64,000 nt of DNA from a virus. Lineage: Duplodnaviria > Heunggongvirae > Uroviricota > Caudoviricetes. A model generated the notes under the pieces. The model was not told where the DNA came from, searched no databases, and worked only from the letters and a program-made list of their open reading frames with translations. Both the position numbers and the translations under genes were made by a program. Where the stretch lies: IMG/VR virus record IMGVR_UViG_3300034122_001045; one strand, given 5' to 3'. Position 1 is the first letter of the stretch; each line of letters begins with the position of its first letter. Shown piece after piece: positions 50,879-60,450 of this stretch.

Positions 50879-51436
50879 ATGAATCTTTTTATTTTGGATA
50901 AAGACCCAGTTGTCGCAGCGCAACTGCAGTGTGATAAGCACGTAGTCAAAATGATCGTGGAGTCGGCACAGATGTTGTCGACTGCGCATCGTATGCTTGA
51001 TGGTGTTCTTAAACGTGCGCCATCGAAGTCGGGTAAGACGATGTCAAAGCATTGGACTCTTCCTGATGAGCGCGAACATATTCTATACAAAGCAGTTCAC
51101 ATGGCGCACCCTTGTACCGTATGGACTACTCAGTCGAATAACAACTACACTTGGCACTGGGTTCACTTCGCTGCTCTCTGCGACGAGTACACCTATCGTT
51201 ATGGCAAGGTTCATTCGACTGACAAACTTCTTCGCGAAAAGCTGAAGGAACTACCACGAAACATTCCTATCGGATATCTAACTCAGCAGCCGCTCGCAAT
51301 GAAAGCTAATCCTGAGTGCATGTTCCCTAACGATCCTGTTCGTTCTTATCGAGAGTTCTATCAGACGAAACAAGCAAGGTTCAAAATGGTGTGGACTAAA
51401 CGTGATATCCCTGAGTGGTTTAAAGTAGCAGCTTAA
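50879..51436 (+). CDS. Hypothetical protein; possible pyrimidine-dimer DNA glycosylase-like protein (weak)
   Basis: The N-terminal MNLFILDKDPVVAAQLQCDKHVV loosely resembles the Pyr_excise N-terminus. Confidence 0.25.
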   Translation: MNLFILDKDPVVAAQLQCDKHVVKMIVESAQMLSTAHRMLDGVLKRAPSKSGKTMSKHWTLPDEREHILYKAVHMAHPCTVWTTQSNNNYTWHWVHFAALCDEYTYRYGKVHSTDKLLREKLKELPRNIPIGYLTQQPLAMKANPECMFPNDPVRSYREFYQTKQARFKMVWTKRDIPEWFKVAA

Positions 51437-51751
51437 TGAGATACGCGATTGCAGAAGAAGATCTAGGTTTCTTTCTGGGCGCGTTCCAGAAGTATGGAAT
51501 CTTTGCTAAGAATGATGTCATAGGTCTCTCAAAGGCAATCGCATTTGATACCGAGGATGAAGCGAATCTATACATCGACGATTTTCTCGGACGAGATCGT
51601 GGAGTCTGGAAAGTAATTCCGGTCGACACGAAAGACGAATACGTTAGTGTCGTATACCTAGTGAAGAATGGTTATGGAAAGTATACTCATAAGATGATTG
51701 ATTTCATTCCTATGACTTCTACAACTATGCACTAATTTTTTCATTTAATGG

Positions 51752-51780
51752 TTGACATTCGTTTAGAATCAGTGTATTCT
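51752..51780 (+). promoter_or_regulatory. Early promoter, conserved cassette
   Basis: Identical core to the cassette at 49833. Confidence 0.6.
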
Positions 51781-51816
51781 AATAATGTAAGGAACACAAA
51801 CTGAAAGGTCTACAGA

Positions 51817-52773
51817 ATGGCTCACATGATTGAAATGATCGACGGCGTTGCCCAGATGGCTTACCGCTCGTCGAAAGGCAAACCTTGGCATGGCCTTGGT
51901 ACTCCGGTTGGCGACGATATGACTCCTGCCGAAATGATGAAGGCCGCTGGCCTTGATTGGAATGTTCAGAAGGTTGACTCCTTCGTCGAATTCAACGGCA
52001 AGCGCATTCCGACCGGTCAGCAGTCGCTCATTCGCGAAACTGACGGTAAGATCCTGACTCAGGTCGGTCCTGGTTGGAATCCGGTTCAGAACGAAGAAGC
52101 CTTTAACTTCTTCACCGACTTTGTTTCCAAAGGCGACATGGTGATGGACACCGCTGGTTCGCTCCGCGACGGTCGTATCGTCTGGGCTCTTGCAGATGTT
52201 CGTGACGGTTTCACTCTGTTCGGTGGCGATGAAGTGAAGGGTTACTTGCTCTTCTCCAACCCGCACCAGTACGGTAAGTCGATCGACGTTCGTTTCGTAC
52301 TTGAGCGCGTTGTCTGCAACAACACTCTGACTGTTGCTCTGGCTGAGAGCGGTCAGGCTGCTGTTCGTGTCAACCACCGTTCGGTCTTCGACGCTGAGCG
52401 CGTGAAAGAACTGCTCGGCATCTCGCACCGTAAGGTCGAAACCTTCAAATCGGCTGCTGAACTGCTTGGTTCGAAGCAGTACGGTCAGAAAGATCTGGAA
52501 AAGTACTTCGGTAAGATCTTCGGTGAGTCGACGAAGGAAGGTAAGCTTCTGTCGCCGACCGCTGAACGTGCCCTCGAAGTCGTCGAGACTCAGCCCGGCG
52601 CAGAGTTCAAGAAGGGTTCGTTCTGGCAGATGTTCAACGCAGTTACCTACCTGACTGACCATGAACTCGGCCGTTCGAACGACACTCGTCTTTCGTCGGC
52701 TTGGTTCGGTGCCAACGCAAAGCGCAAGGTTGACGCTCTAAACCTGGCAGTAGAAATGGCAGAGGCTGCGTGA
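51817..52773 (+). CDS. DUF932-family (phage/plasmid-related) protein, strongly codon-optimised
   Basis: The KPWHGLG motif near the N-terminus is typical of DUF932/TIGR03299. 318 aa. Confidence 0.5.
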   Translation: MAHMIEMIDGVAQMAYRSSKGKPWHGLGTPVGDDMTPAEMMKAAGLDWNVQKVDSFVEFNGKRIPTGQQSLIRETDGKILTQVGPGWNPVQNEEAFNFFTDFVSKGDMVMDTAGSLRDGRIVWALADVRDGFTLFGGDEVKGYLLFSNPHQYGKSIDVRFVLERVVCNNTLTVALAESGQAAVRVNHRSVFDAERVKELLGISHRKVETFKSAAELLGSKQYGQKDLEKYFGKIFGESTKEGKLLSPTAERALEVVETQPGAEFKKGSFWQMFNAVTYLTDHELGRSNDTRLSSAWFGANAKRKVDALNLAVEMAEAA

Positions 52774-53397
52774 GCAGCCTCTCTTTACTTTAGAAAGAGT
52801 ACTATGAATAAGATCCTTAACGAACCGGTTCTATTTAACCGAGAACAGATCGCAAAGATCGAAGATCTGAAGCGAGCAAGATATGTATGCGCAACCGAAA
52901 GAGACGATAAGACTATCGAGATATTCTACTCAGAGGATGCGCATGTTGCTGGCGGACGATACTTTGGCCTATACTTTAGCAGTCTAGATAATCAACTCTA
53001 TATTACTAACGGCGGATTCGTTGAAGATCAAGAGATCTCTGCCGTGATCGCTGATGACGGCGAGATTGTATATAGTAGGTTTCGACACGACTATCGATCC
53101 TCATCCGATGGTTCTGTTTTCATTGACGGCGGTCGATCCTATACAAGAGTTAGCTTGGTTGATGAATCTCGATATGCAACACTTATCGTAAAAGAGGGAG
53201 TTCTACAGGTAAAGAATGTCTGACTTTAAGATCTCAGACTATGACTATATTGGAAGCTCGATTGGAAATGCGTTTTTCAGTGGAGTTTCCTTTGAACAAC
53301 TTTGGGATTGTGTATCACTGTCCCAAACAAGAGAAGAATTGGATGCCGCAGTTACTGCAACCATTCGATTGAATGAATTAACAAAAGGAGAAGAGAT

Positions 53398-53643
53398 ATG
53401 AACGATGCATATAACGTAACCGCCGATGAACTTCGTCAGTTCATCGAACGCTACGAACAGCTTGAGTCAGAAAAGAAAGACGTCACAAATTCTCAAAAGG
53501 AATTGATGGCAGAAGCTAAGGGTCGTGGATACGACACGAAAGTCATGAAGAAGATCATCGCCATTCGTAAACGTAAAGCAGATGCAATCGCCGAAGAAGA
53601 AGCAGTTCTTGAGATGTACAAAGCTGCATTGGGTATGATCTAA
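53398..53643 (+). CDS. gapR: GapR-like nucleoid-associated DNA-binding protein (DUF2312)
   Basis: LRQFIERYEQLESEKKDV..ELMAEAKGRGYDTKVMKKIIAIRKRK aligns residue-by-residue with Caulobacter GapR (LKSIIDRVERLEVEKAEI..EVYAEAKGNGFDVKVLKKVVRIRKQD). Confidence 0.85.
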   Translation: MNDAYNVTADELRQFIERYEQLESEKKDVTNSQKELMAEAKGRGYDTKVMKKIIAIRKRKADAIAEEEAVLEMYKAALGMI

Positions 53644-54278
53644 TGAGTAAGGAAGAAAGTAAACGCCTTATTGAAAAGATATATCCTGACTTCGATAATC
53701 GTTTTGGCGAGTGGGGCTGGTGTTCTCTAAACAAAGCTGGGTGTATTATTGACTGTATTGATGATATCTTTACTCACGTGAAAGATCCGGTATGCGTAGA
53801 GATTGGCGTCTATGGTGGAAAGAGTGTCATTCCTGCAGTTCTAGAACTTAAGAGAATGAACTCTGGCAAGTTCTATGCGATTGATCCATGGGATAACGTA
53901 GAGGCAACCAAGGGCTATGACGGCGACAACTACAAGTTTTGGACCAACGTCAACATGCCTTGGATCTATAATGTCTTTACTACAGTCTTGGAAGAAAACG
54001 ACTGTGGAAAGTACGTAGAGATCATTCGAAAGCCAAGCGACGATGCGCCTGTTATCTTCGATATTGATTTTCTTTATATTGATGGTCAGCATACAATCCA
54101 AGCAATTCGTGATGTAAATAAGTATGCGCGCCAAGTAAAACTTGGTGGTTACTGTATTGCGGACGATATTAACTGGGGAGATGTTTCTCTCGTTCCTGAT
54201 GCTCTTAAAGAGATTGGGTTCGAAGAACAACGATGGATTGACGGCGCTATCATCTTTAAGCGGACGTCTATTAAATAA
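53643..54278 (+). CDS. Class I SAM-dependent methyltransferase (O-methyltransferase-like)
   Basis: VCVEIGVYGGKSVIPA (glycine-rich motif I). Acidic motif II near DPWDN. Confidence 0.45.
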   Translation: MSKEESKRLIEKIYPDFDNRFGEWGWCSLNKAGCIIDCIDDIFTHVKDPVCVEIGVYGGKSVIPAVLELKRMNSGKFYAIDPWDNVEATKGYDGDNYKFWTNVNMPWIYNVFTTVLEENDCGKYVEIIRKPSDDAPVIFDIDFLYIDGQHTIQAIRDVNKYARQVKLGGYCIADDINWGDVSLVPDALKEIGFEEQRWIDGAIIFKRTSIK

Positions 54279-54280
54279 AA

Positions 54281-54340
54281 GGCGGATCCGAAGACCCGCC
54301 GAGTTATTAGAAGGGGCCGGTTGTTTCCGGCCTCTTTTAT
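54281..54340. terminator. Bidirectional terminator between the convergent plus-strand genes and the minus-strand structural module
   Basis: Two hairpins: GGCGG-atccgaagac-CCGCC, and GGCCGG-ttgttt-CCGGCC followed by TCTTTTATTATT. There is an A/T run on the other side for the minus strand. Confidence 0.7.
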
Positions 54341-54342
54341 TA

Positions 54343-55653
54343 TTAGAATAGGTTCGAAACGCGAACTCTACGGTAGTAGACGTTGCTGTTAGCGGTAAGA
54401 GCACCTTCGCTACGGGTTGGGCCGAAAGCGAATGGGTTAGCAACCATACCGTAACGGGTTTTGAAGCCGATCTTTGGCTGGAAGCTGTTTTCACCAACTG
54501 CGCGGTACATCTGTAGTGGAACGTATGGGCAGTAGAAGAGACCTGCGTCGAATGCGGAGGATCCCTTATAGCCAACTACGAGGTAGTTTGCACCAGCGTA
54601 TGGGTCGATGTAAACTCTGTAACGACCGTTTAGAACACCAGCGAAGGTGTTTCCGGTGTCGTCAACGTTTAGAGCGTTGCTGTTAAGAGCTGGGGTGTAA
54701 TCGAGAACACCTGCCATCTGAAGAGCAGAAGCTACGTCAGAAGAACAGATAACGATGTTACCCTTGCCTCTACGAGTTGCTTTTGCAATCGCGTTGGCTT
54801 CGAGTTCGATCTGGAACATAAGACCCTTGAACTTCTCAACTGACCAACGGCCGTTTGAGTCAACGTCAAGATCGAAGATACCAGTTACAGCAGTGTTTGC
54901 ACCACCGGTTACGGCTGAGGTGTAAACAGTACGAACAACTTCACGGTTGATTTCTGCAAGGATTTCAGACTGTAGAATGTTTGCAAGTTCTGTTTCAGCG
55001 TCAAGACCGTGAACAGCGCGGAGATCCTGTGCAAGTTCACTGGTATATTCTGCTTTAAGAGCGCGGCTCTTTGCAGACACAGTAACTTTTTCGATAGCAA
55101 GAGCCATCTCTGCGAAGTTTGTTCCGTTTCCGTCGCCAAGCGCTTCAGCAGCAGCGGTTGTTAGACCAGTACCGGTTGGTGCTGTTGCAGCAGAACCAGT
55201 AACGCCAGTCATAGAGCCAGTACCGGAGAAGTCAGTGTCAGCTTCGTTGTAGAATGCTTCAACTGCGGTGTTACCTGACATTGCGTTGTAGTTAGAACGC
55301 ATTGCGAAGATAAGACCAGTTGGGCCAGTCATTGGCTGAACACCAGCGATGTCGTATGCCATTAGGTTTGGCATAGCACGACGAACTAGGCTGATAAGGA
55401 TTGGATCGTAACCAGCTTGTGGTGTGCTAGCACCAGCACCAAAACCGCCGGTTCCAGCGAAGTTGGTTGGTGTTTCCTGAAGAAGCGAAGTCATGTTGAT
55501 TGACGCGTCGCTGGTCTCAAGAAGTGCTTTCTCTGTGTTCTCTAGAAGAGTAGCAGTTACTGCTTTTCTGTGGTTGTCTGTGATTGGCGAGAAGGAAGAG
55601 TGCTCAAGAAGAGGACCCCACTTTTCGACTAAAGTTTTATTAGATTGACTCAT
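54343..55653 (-). CDS. 23: Major capsid protein (T4 gp23 homolog)
   Basis: LVEKWGPLLEH aligns with T4 LLNKWKPLLEG. LVRRAMPNLMAYDIAGVQPMTGPTGLIFAMR aligns with MVRRAIPNLIAFDICGVQPMNSPTGQVFALR. Confidence 0.9.
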   Translation of the reverse strand: MSQSNKTLVEKWGPLLEHSSFSPITDNHRKAVTATLLENTEKALLETSDASINMTSLLQETPTNFAGTGGFGAGASTPQAGYDPILISLVRRAMPNLMAYDIAGVQPMTGPTGLIFAMRSNYNAMSGNTAVEAFYNEADTDFSGTGSMTGVTGSAATAPTGTGLTTAAAEALGDGNGTNFAEMALAIEKVTVSAKSRALKAEYTSELAQDLRAVHGLDAETELANILQSEILAEINREVVRTVYTSAVTGGANTAVTGIFDLDVDSNGRWSVEKFKGLMFQIELEANAIAKATRRGKGNIVICSSDVASALQMAGVLDYTPALNSNALNVDDTGNTFAGVLNGRYRVYIDPYAGANYLVVGYKGSSAFDAGLFYCPYVPLQMYRAVGENSFQPKIGFKTRYGMVANPFAFGPTRSEGALTANSNVYYRRVRVSNLF

Positions 55654-55689
55654 TTTGTCTCTCCTTTGGCTGTTGTTATTGTCTGGTTG

Positions 55690-55697
55690 TATTTATA
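55690..55697 (-). promoter_or_regulatory. T4-type late promoter TATAAATA upstream of gp23
   Basis: The reverse complement of tatttata at 55690-55697, about 37 nt upstream of the start. Confidence 0.65.
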
Positions 55698-55709
55698 ATT
55701 TTGTTGTTT

Positions 55710-56696
55710 TCACTTAATAGTTTTGTTATTTAGAGCTTCAACGATAGCATTAACGGTTGAGTAAGAAGATACTGGCTTTTTGGCGGTGTCTTCCTGAACA
55801 ACTTCTTCTGCTTCTTCGTTAATCACCTGAGCTTTTTTAGTCTTAAAGAATGACTCCTTAAGAGTTGCAAGATCTGACTTATAACCATCGATTTCATCTA
55901 CATCGAGCTTTTCTGAAAGAACCTTAAGTCTCTCTTTTTGAGAAACGGTAAGACCTTCTGAAACTTCTTCGAAAGCGATTTCAGCTTTTAGTGCAGCAAC
56001 CTCTTTCTTAAGTTCGATGTTTTCGTTGATTATTTCGTTAGCTTGTTCTGTGATAGAAGCGTTATCTTCTTCTAGACTTGCTACAACATCGATTGTCTCA
56101 TCATCGATTTCAATGTTGTGCTCAGTGAATAGTTCTCTAAGTCCATCCATTAGGGACTCTGCCATTTCTACTTTGATACCAGCTTCAATAGCAACTTTAT
56201 TCTCAGTCATCCACTCTTCGACTACGTAGTCAAGATATGAATCGAGGTTCTCTACAACTTCTGCCATCGCTTCATTGAGCGACTCATTAAGATCATTTTC
56301 GAACTGCTCTTCAAGAGAAGCGGTAGCTTCTTCTAGACGAAGAGTAACAGCTTCGTTTACAGCTGCTTCAAATACAAGTGTTACCTTTGATCTGAACTCT
56401 TCTGAAAGATCCATTCCTTCGAACATGTTCTTAATCGATTCTTCGACAGAGATTACCTCTTCTTCGATTACTTCTTCGTCTGAAGCTTCTTCAGCTTCGG
56501 ACATTGGTGGCTTTGCCACTGTTCCTGCCTTTGCGTCAACGACTTTGCTTACATCTGCCTTACGCTTCTTGATCTCTCCACCTACTGGTGTGACTGGACC
56601 AGGAACGGTAGATATTCCGTCGTCACTTACAAAATTTTGTTCGTCTAACCCTGACATATTTACTCTCCTTTTATTGGATTCGTGTTTCATATCCAT
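55710..56696 (-). CDS. 22: Prohead scaffolding protein (gp22-like), acidic coiled coil
   Basis: 328 aa, highly acidic and helical. Lies between the gp23 and gp21 homologs. Confidence 0.7.
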   Translation of the reverse strand: MDMKHESNKRRVNMSGLDEQNFVSDDGISTVPGPVTPVGGEIKKRKADVSKVVDAKAGTVAKPPMSEAEEASDEEVIEEEVISVEESIKNMFEGMDLSEEFRSKVTLVFEAAVNEAVTLRLEEATASLEEQFENDLNESLNEAMAEVVENLDSYLDYVVEEWMTENKVAIEAGIKVEMAESLMDGLRELFTEHNIEIDDETIDVVASLEEDNASITEQANEIINENIELKKEVAALKAEIAFEEVSEGLTVSQKERLKVLSEKLDVDEIDGYKSDLATLKESFFKTKKAQVINEEAEEVVQEDTAKKPVSSYSTVNAIVEALNNKTIK

Positions 56697-56707
56697 ATTT
56701 ATAAAAC

Positions 56708-57382
56708 TTAGTTCTTCAGAGAACGAATGAAGTTTTCGAATAGACGCGCAGCATATGCTTCGTCTACCTTTCTTACAGTTCTCTTATACTCTTTTTTCAC
56801 TTCTTGAACGGCCTGCTCAATCATCTGCTGAGCTCTCCAAGTTCCAGATACTATATCGTAATAGTAGTCCGTGTTTTCCATAATACCGTTCACAAAGCAG
56901 TTTGGACCCGATGGATCTGTGACGATATCGACAGTCGCAAGATGAAAGTCGTTTTGAACTTCCATGATGCCTTCTTTCGTTGCCTTTACAGATCCAAGGC
57001 CGCGAGTAGAAACACCAACCTTGACACCCTCGTCAATGAACGTCTTTACAATGTTACCCATTGGAGTACCTAGGATCTTTGCCTTACCAACGAAGTTTGA
57101 ACCGTCGCGCTTCATCTCAGTAATAAGGTGAGATACGCGATCACCGTTGATCTGAGGACCATCTGGGTGCCCAAGTTCTCCAAGAGCTCTTTTAGTCTTA
57201 ATGAACTGCTCGCCGTATCTCATCATTTCTTTTTCTAGAATCGTCGATGGATATATTCTTCCATTACGGTTCTTGATATCTCCTTGCATGAAGATACCTT
57301 CGATGAAATACTGCTTTGGCTCGTGTTCGCTTGTTTCAGTTAGAACTCTAACTTCTTCAATTGTTTCCGTGATCAGTTTCAT
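56708..57382 (-). CDS. 21: Prohead protease (T4 gp21 homolog)
   Basis: YFIEGIFMQGDIKNRNGRIYP..LGELGHP...GVSTRGLGSV aligns with T4 gp21 YIEGIFMQAEVVNRNKRLYP..LGELNHP..GVSSRGLGSL. Start set at the internal Met, which has RBS AAGGAGAAATCAT and a late promoter 21 nt upstream. The track ORF extends to 57496. Confidence 0.85.
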   Translation of the reverse strand: MKLITETIEEVRVLTETSEHEPKQYFIEGIFMQGDIKNRNGRIYPSTILEKEMMRYGEQFIKTKRALGELGHPDGPQINGDRVSHLITEMKRDGSNFVGKAKILGTPMGNIVKTFIDEGVKVGVSTRGLGSVKATKEGIMEVQNDFHLATVDIVTDPSGPNCFVNGIMENTDYYYDIVSGTWRAQQMIEQAVQEVKKEYKRTVRKVDEAYAARLFENFIRSLKN

Positions 57383-57402
57383 ATGATTTCTCCTTTGTTC
57401 TT

Positions 57403-57410
57403 TATTTATA
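57403..57410 (-). promoter_or_regulatory. T4-type late promoter TATAAATA upstream of gp21
   Basis: The reverse complement of tatttata. Confidence 0.6.
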
Positions 57411-57413
57411 CTT

Positions 57414-57656
57414 TTAGTACTTATATGAAACTGGAGTGCAACGAAGAGTAGTGGTGCCAGCGATTGTTTCGGTTGGCAGCTTTTCCACAATTTCAACAGT
57501 TCCCTGATGCATCGTAAACGTAGTATTTGCGTGTGCTTCAGTTACAATAGTAACTACAGAATTTGCTGCGGCATAGATACGAACGAGTTTTGCATCGTAT
57601 ACTGTGTTTGCAGTCGTGAATGAAATTTCTACATCAGTAGGTTTGATTATCATCAT
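57414..57656 (-). CDS. Small head-module protein (gp67/gp68 position)
   Basis: 80 aa. Its position between the portal and the protease is as in T4. Confidence 0.4.
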   Translation of the reverse strand: MMIIKPTDVEISFTTANTVYDAKLVRIYAAANSVVTIVTEAHANTTFTMHQGTVEIVEKLPTETIAGTTTLRCTPVSYKY

Positions 57657-58786
57657 AGTGCTTCCCTCGCAAATCCTAGGATCTCATTAAAGCCAACTTT
57701 ATCTTTGAGTGCTACTTCTTCCATCTTTTTACGATTTGCAGAAGAAAGATCTTTAAGCATCTGGTTTAGAAGATCGGCGTCTTCTTTCTTAAGAATAACT
57801 GAACCACCGTCCTTGAGCTTAACAATACCCTGGCTAAAAACTTCAGTTAGTTCTGCAGATTCACGGATCTTTTCTTCACCATCGTCGTCGCGTTCCACTT
57901 TACGAATAGGAACATTTCGAGTATGAGACTTTCCGTCTGCACCTGTATAGGATACTGTTTTCTTTATTGCAGAACGAGTTACTTCACCGAGGTTTGTTTC
58001 TTCGCCATACATATCTTCGTAATCCATGGCTGACATCATACGTCTGTCACCTTCCATGTAAGCGTGTAGGCTCATCATTTCTTTATGTACGGCAGAAAGT
58101 TTATTTTGGAACCACTCTTCTGGATCAAAATCCATACCCTCGAGATATCCCATGATTTCTTCAGCACCGTATGCGATGTAATATAGCTGATTCATCATCA
58201 TTGGAATTTCTTCCATCGCGTCTTCGGCAACTAGGTCGGCTTGCTCATTCTTTGCGATTGACTTTGCAATCTTATGAGCCTTAGTGATTGTGCTTTTCTT
58301 TAGAGGTGGCTTATCTCCGGTTGCCTTCATAGCAGCAGCCATACCAATCGCGTATGGTTCTCTTACTCTTTCAGACATGGCCTTACCAATCGCTTTACGA
58401 CGAGCGTGAAGGTACTTATCAGACTTGTCCGTGTCGCCGTCGTTATCAATGTCGTCATCTTCCTTGCCGACCGGGTCCATCTTCTTTGCTTCTTTCATTG
58501 TCTTAGAAGACTTGTTACTTTTTTTATACTTCTGGTGACTATCTTCTGAGTCGTATTCTCCGCCAGCTGCAGTTGGCGATTTAAAGCTATTTTCATAGAC
58601 AGCTTCGTCCTCGCCCTTGTTATAATCCGCACGACGCTTAGGAGCCTTTCCGAGCTTTCCAGTGAAAGTATGATCTGTAGCTACAGGATGCTGAACCTTT
58701 GTTACGATATGCTTATCTTTGAAATCTTTTTCGTCGTCTGCTTTTGGCTGAGAGACCTCTGATATTATTTGACGTAGAGTCTTCAT
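57653..58786 (-). CDS. Prohead core/internal protein with N-terminal capsid-targeting sequence
   Basis: N-terminus MKTLRQIISE (IxE at 8-10) matches the T4 CTS pattern. K/D/E-rich, 377 aa. Lies in the head-gene cluster. Confidence 0.55.
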   Translation of the reverse strand: MKTLRQIISEVSQPKADDEKDFKDKHIVTKVQHPVATDHTFTGKLGKAPKRRADYNKGEDEAVYENSFKSPTAAGGEYDSEDSHQKYKKSNKSSKTMKEAKKMDPVGKEDDDIDNDGDTDKSDKYLHARRKAIGKAMSERVREPYAIGMAAAMKATGDKPPLKKSTITKAHKIAKSIAKNEQADLVAEDAMEEIPMMMNQLYYIAYGAEEIMGYLEGMDFDPEEWFQNKLSAVHKEMMSLHAYMEGDRRMMSAMDYEDMYGEETNLGEVTRSAIKKTVSYTGADGKSHTRNVPIRKVERDDDGEEKIRESAELTEVFSQGIVKLKDGGSVILKKEDADLLNQMLKDLSSANRKKMEEVALKDKVGFNEILGFAREAL

Positions 58787-60450
58787 CTTTTAAGCCCTCT
58801 TTTGAATGGTTTTACTTTATTATTTATAACTTTTAATGATTCTTCGGCCTCTTGATCATTCTGAGGAGGCTGTTGCTGATTTTCTGGCGGCTGATCTGCT
58901 GGTGCTGGAGGTTGTTCATCATCAGGCATACCAACGTCGTACAAGCCTTCGTCAGTTTCTTTCTTGATCTGCTTTTTCATTTCACGTATGTCTTCATCTG
59001 ACATGAATAGAACGTTTTTGATAACCCATTCTCTTGAGTAGTACTTACCGATCTGTTCCTCGATATCTCTAAGCATCGTTACTTTTTCACGAAGTATTTC
59101 CGTCTGCTTGAGTTCTTCGAAGTAGTTATCTTTCATGAAGTCATATCGTATCTTATTCTTTATGTCAGCCCATTCCTCAGGATCGAGAATACCTTTAAGA
59201 ATGAGTTGCTTTTCTAAGAAGAGATCAAATATACCAGAGAAACGTAGTCTTTGACGGCGAATGAACTTACTAAATTTGAGTTCGTCTCTTGATATCTCGG
59301 ACACTCTGCCGAAGCTATACATAGTCTCTGGTTCTAAACGTGATATCGGAACTTTAAGGGACTTATAAAGCTTTCTTTGGAAGTACTGAAGGTTTTCGTC
59401 ACCGCTTAGAGCGGGCGCGGATCCACCAGCAAGAATGTCAACTTCTGTGGAACGCTCGCCGCCACGACGAGGGAACCAGAAGTCTTCAGTCATTGTCATA
59501 AACTTACGACCGTCTGTAATGTCACCGCTGTCGGAGTCGTACTGTAGTTTGTTCTTATGGCGAGTCATCATATCGTGTAGATACTGCTCAGCCTTAGCCT
59601 TTGGTAACTGACCGACGTCGATATAGAAAATTCTTCTTTCCGGAGCACGGGTAATCGTATAGATAACAGTCGCATCTTCAAGCATACGCAGTTGGTTTAG
59701 AGGTTTAATACCAGGATGCAGGTGCGATAGTACAAGCGAATTCGTCTCATTCATGAGACCAGACGTTACACGAGCAACGGAATCTTTTGCGATGCGGTAT
59801 CCCTGAACCGTCTGACCAGAGTTAACATTGCTCGTTGTTGACTTTGAACCAAAACCAGAATCGGAGTATAGATAGTACTCCTTCTTGATCTTCTTAAGAG
59901 GTATACCGGAGTGCGGATCCTTTGACTTCTCGTCCATCTCTTTGACGAGACGAAGCTTACGTGGGTCAATGTAGCGTAGCTCTTTGATGCCAGCTTTCAG
60001 ATCTTCGTTATCAATAATGATATGATAATTCAATCTTCCATCTACATAGAACTTCTGAAAAATATCATAGCCGTAGTTGGAAAAGTCGAGAAGACGTAGC
60101 ACTTCTTCAAACTCTTCGACGATACGATCTTTTACTTTGTCTGGTAATTCTGTATCGTCAAGAATAATCTCTACAACATTCTCATGACTATCGACGTTAA
60201 TTGCTTCGTTTACAATTTCGTCTACGGCCTGTGCAATCTCAGGCTGCATTACCATTCCACGATACTTGGTGATAAGCTCGCCTTCAGTCTTGGCGTCGCC
60301 TTCCATATTAATAGCGATACCATAGGATCCTCCTAGAGAGTTTCCTATGGTGATTGCGCCTTCGTCGTTGTTAGGTTCTACAAAAGAGACAGCTCTTTCT
60401 TCTTCGGCTCCGCCGATTTCTCTTTTGATTTCAAATCCAAATACACGCAT
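58783..60450 (-). CDS. 20: Portal protein (gp20-like)
   Basis: 555 aa, in the T4-colinear position. RBS AAGGAGATTGAAATAATG. Confidence 0.75.
   Translation of the reverse strand: MRVFGFEIKREIGGAEEERAVSFVEPNNDEGAITIGNSLGGSYGIAINMEGDAKTEGELITKYRGMVMQPEIAQAVDEIVNEAINVDSHENVVEIILDDTELPDKVKDRIVEEFEEVLRLLDFSNYGYDIFQKFYVDGRLNYHIIIDNEDLKAGIKELRYIDPRKLRLVKEMDEKSKDPHSGIPLKKIKKEYYLYSDSGFGSKSTTSNVNSGQTVQGYRIAKDSVARVTSGLMNETNSLVLSHLHPGIKPLNQLRMLEDATVIYTITRAPERRIFYIDVGQLPKAKAEQYLHDMMTRHKNKLQYDSDSGDITDGRKFMTMTEDFWFPRRGGERSTEVDILAGGSAPALSGDENLQYFQRKLYKSLKVPISRLEPETMYSFGRVSEISRDELKFSKFIRRQRLRFSGIFDLFLEKQLILKGILDPEEWADIKNKIRYDFMKDNYFEELKQTEILREKVTMLRDIEEQIGKYYSREWVIKNVLFMSDEDIREMKKQIKKETDEGLYDVGMPDDEQPPAPADQPPENQQQPPQNDQEAEESLKVINNKVKPFKRGLKR

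Noticed and set aside
51769-52662. 297-aa minus-strand ORF antisense to the DUF932 gene
   Set aside because: Same codon-bias artefact. The plus-strand gene has the promoter cassette and a recognisable PWHGLG family motif.
53841-54575. 244-aa minus-strand ORF spanning the methyltransferase gene and the terminator into the 3' end of gp23
   Set aside because: It crosses a strong bidirectional terminator. It is antisense to the methyltransferase gene and out of frame with gp23. Spurious.
57383-57496. N-terminal 38-aa extension of the prohead protease ORF
   Set aside because: The extension would overlap ORF 57414-57656 and has no RBS. The internal Met has AAGGAGAAATCAT upstream, a TATAAATA late promoter 21 nt upstream, and the alignment to T4 gp21 starts there.
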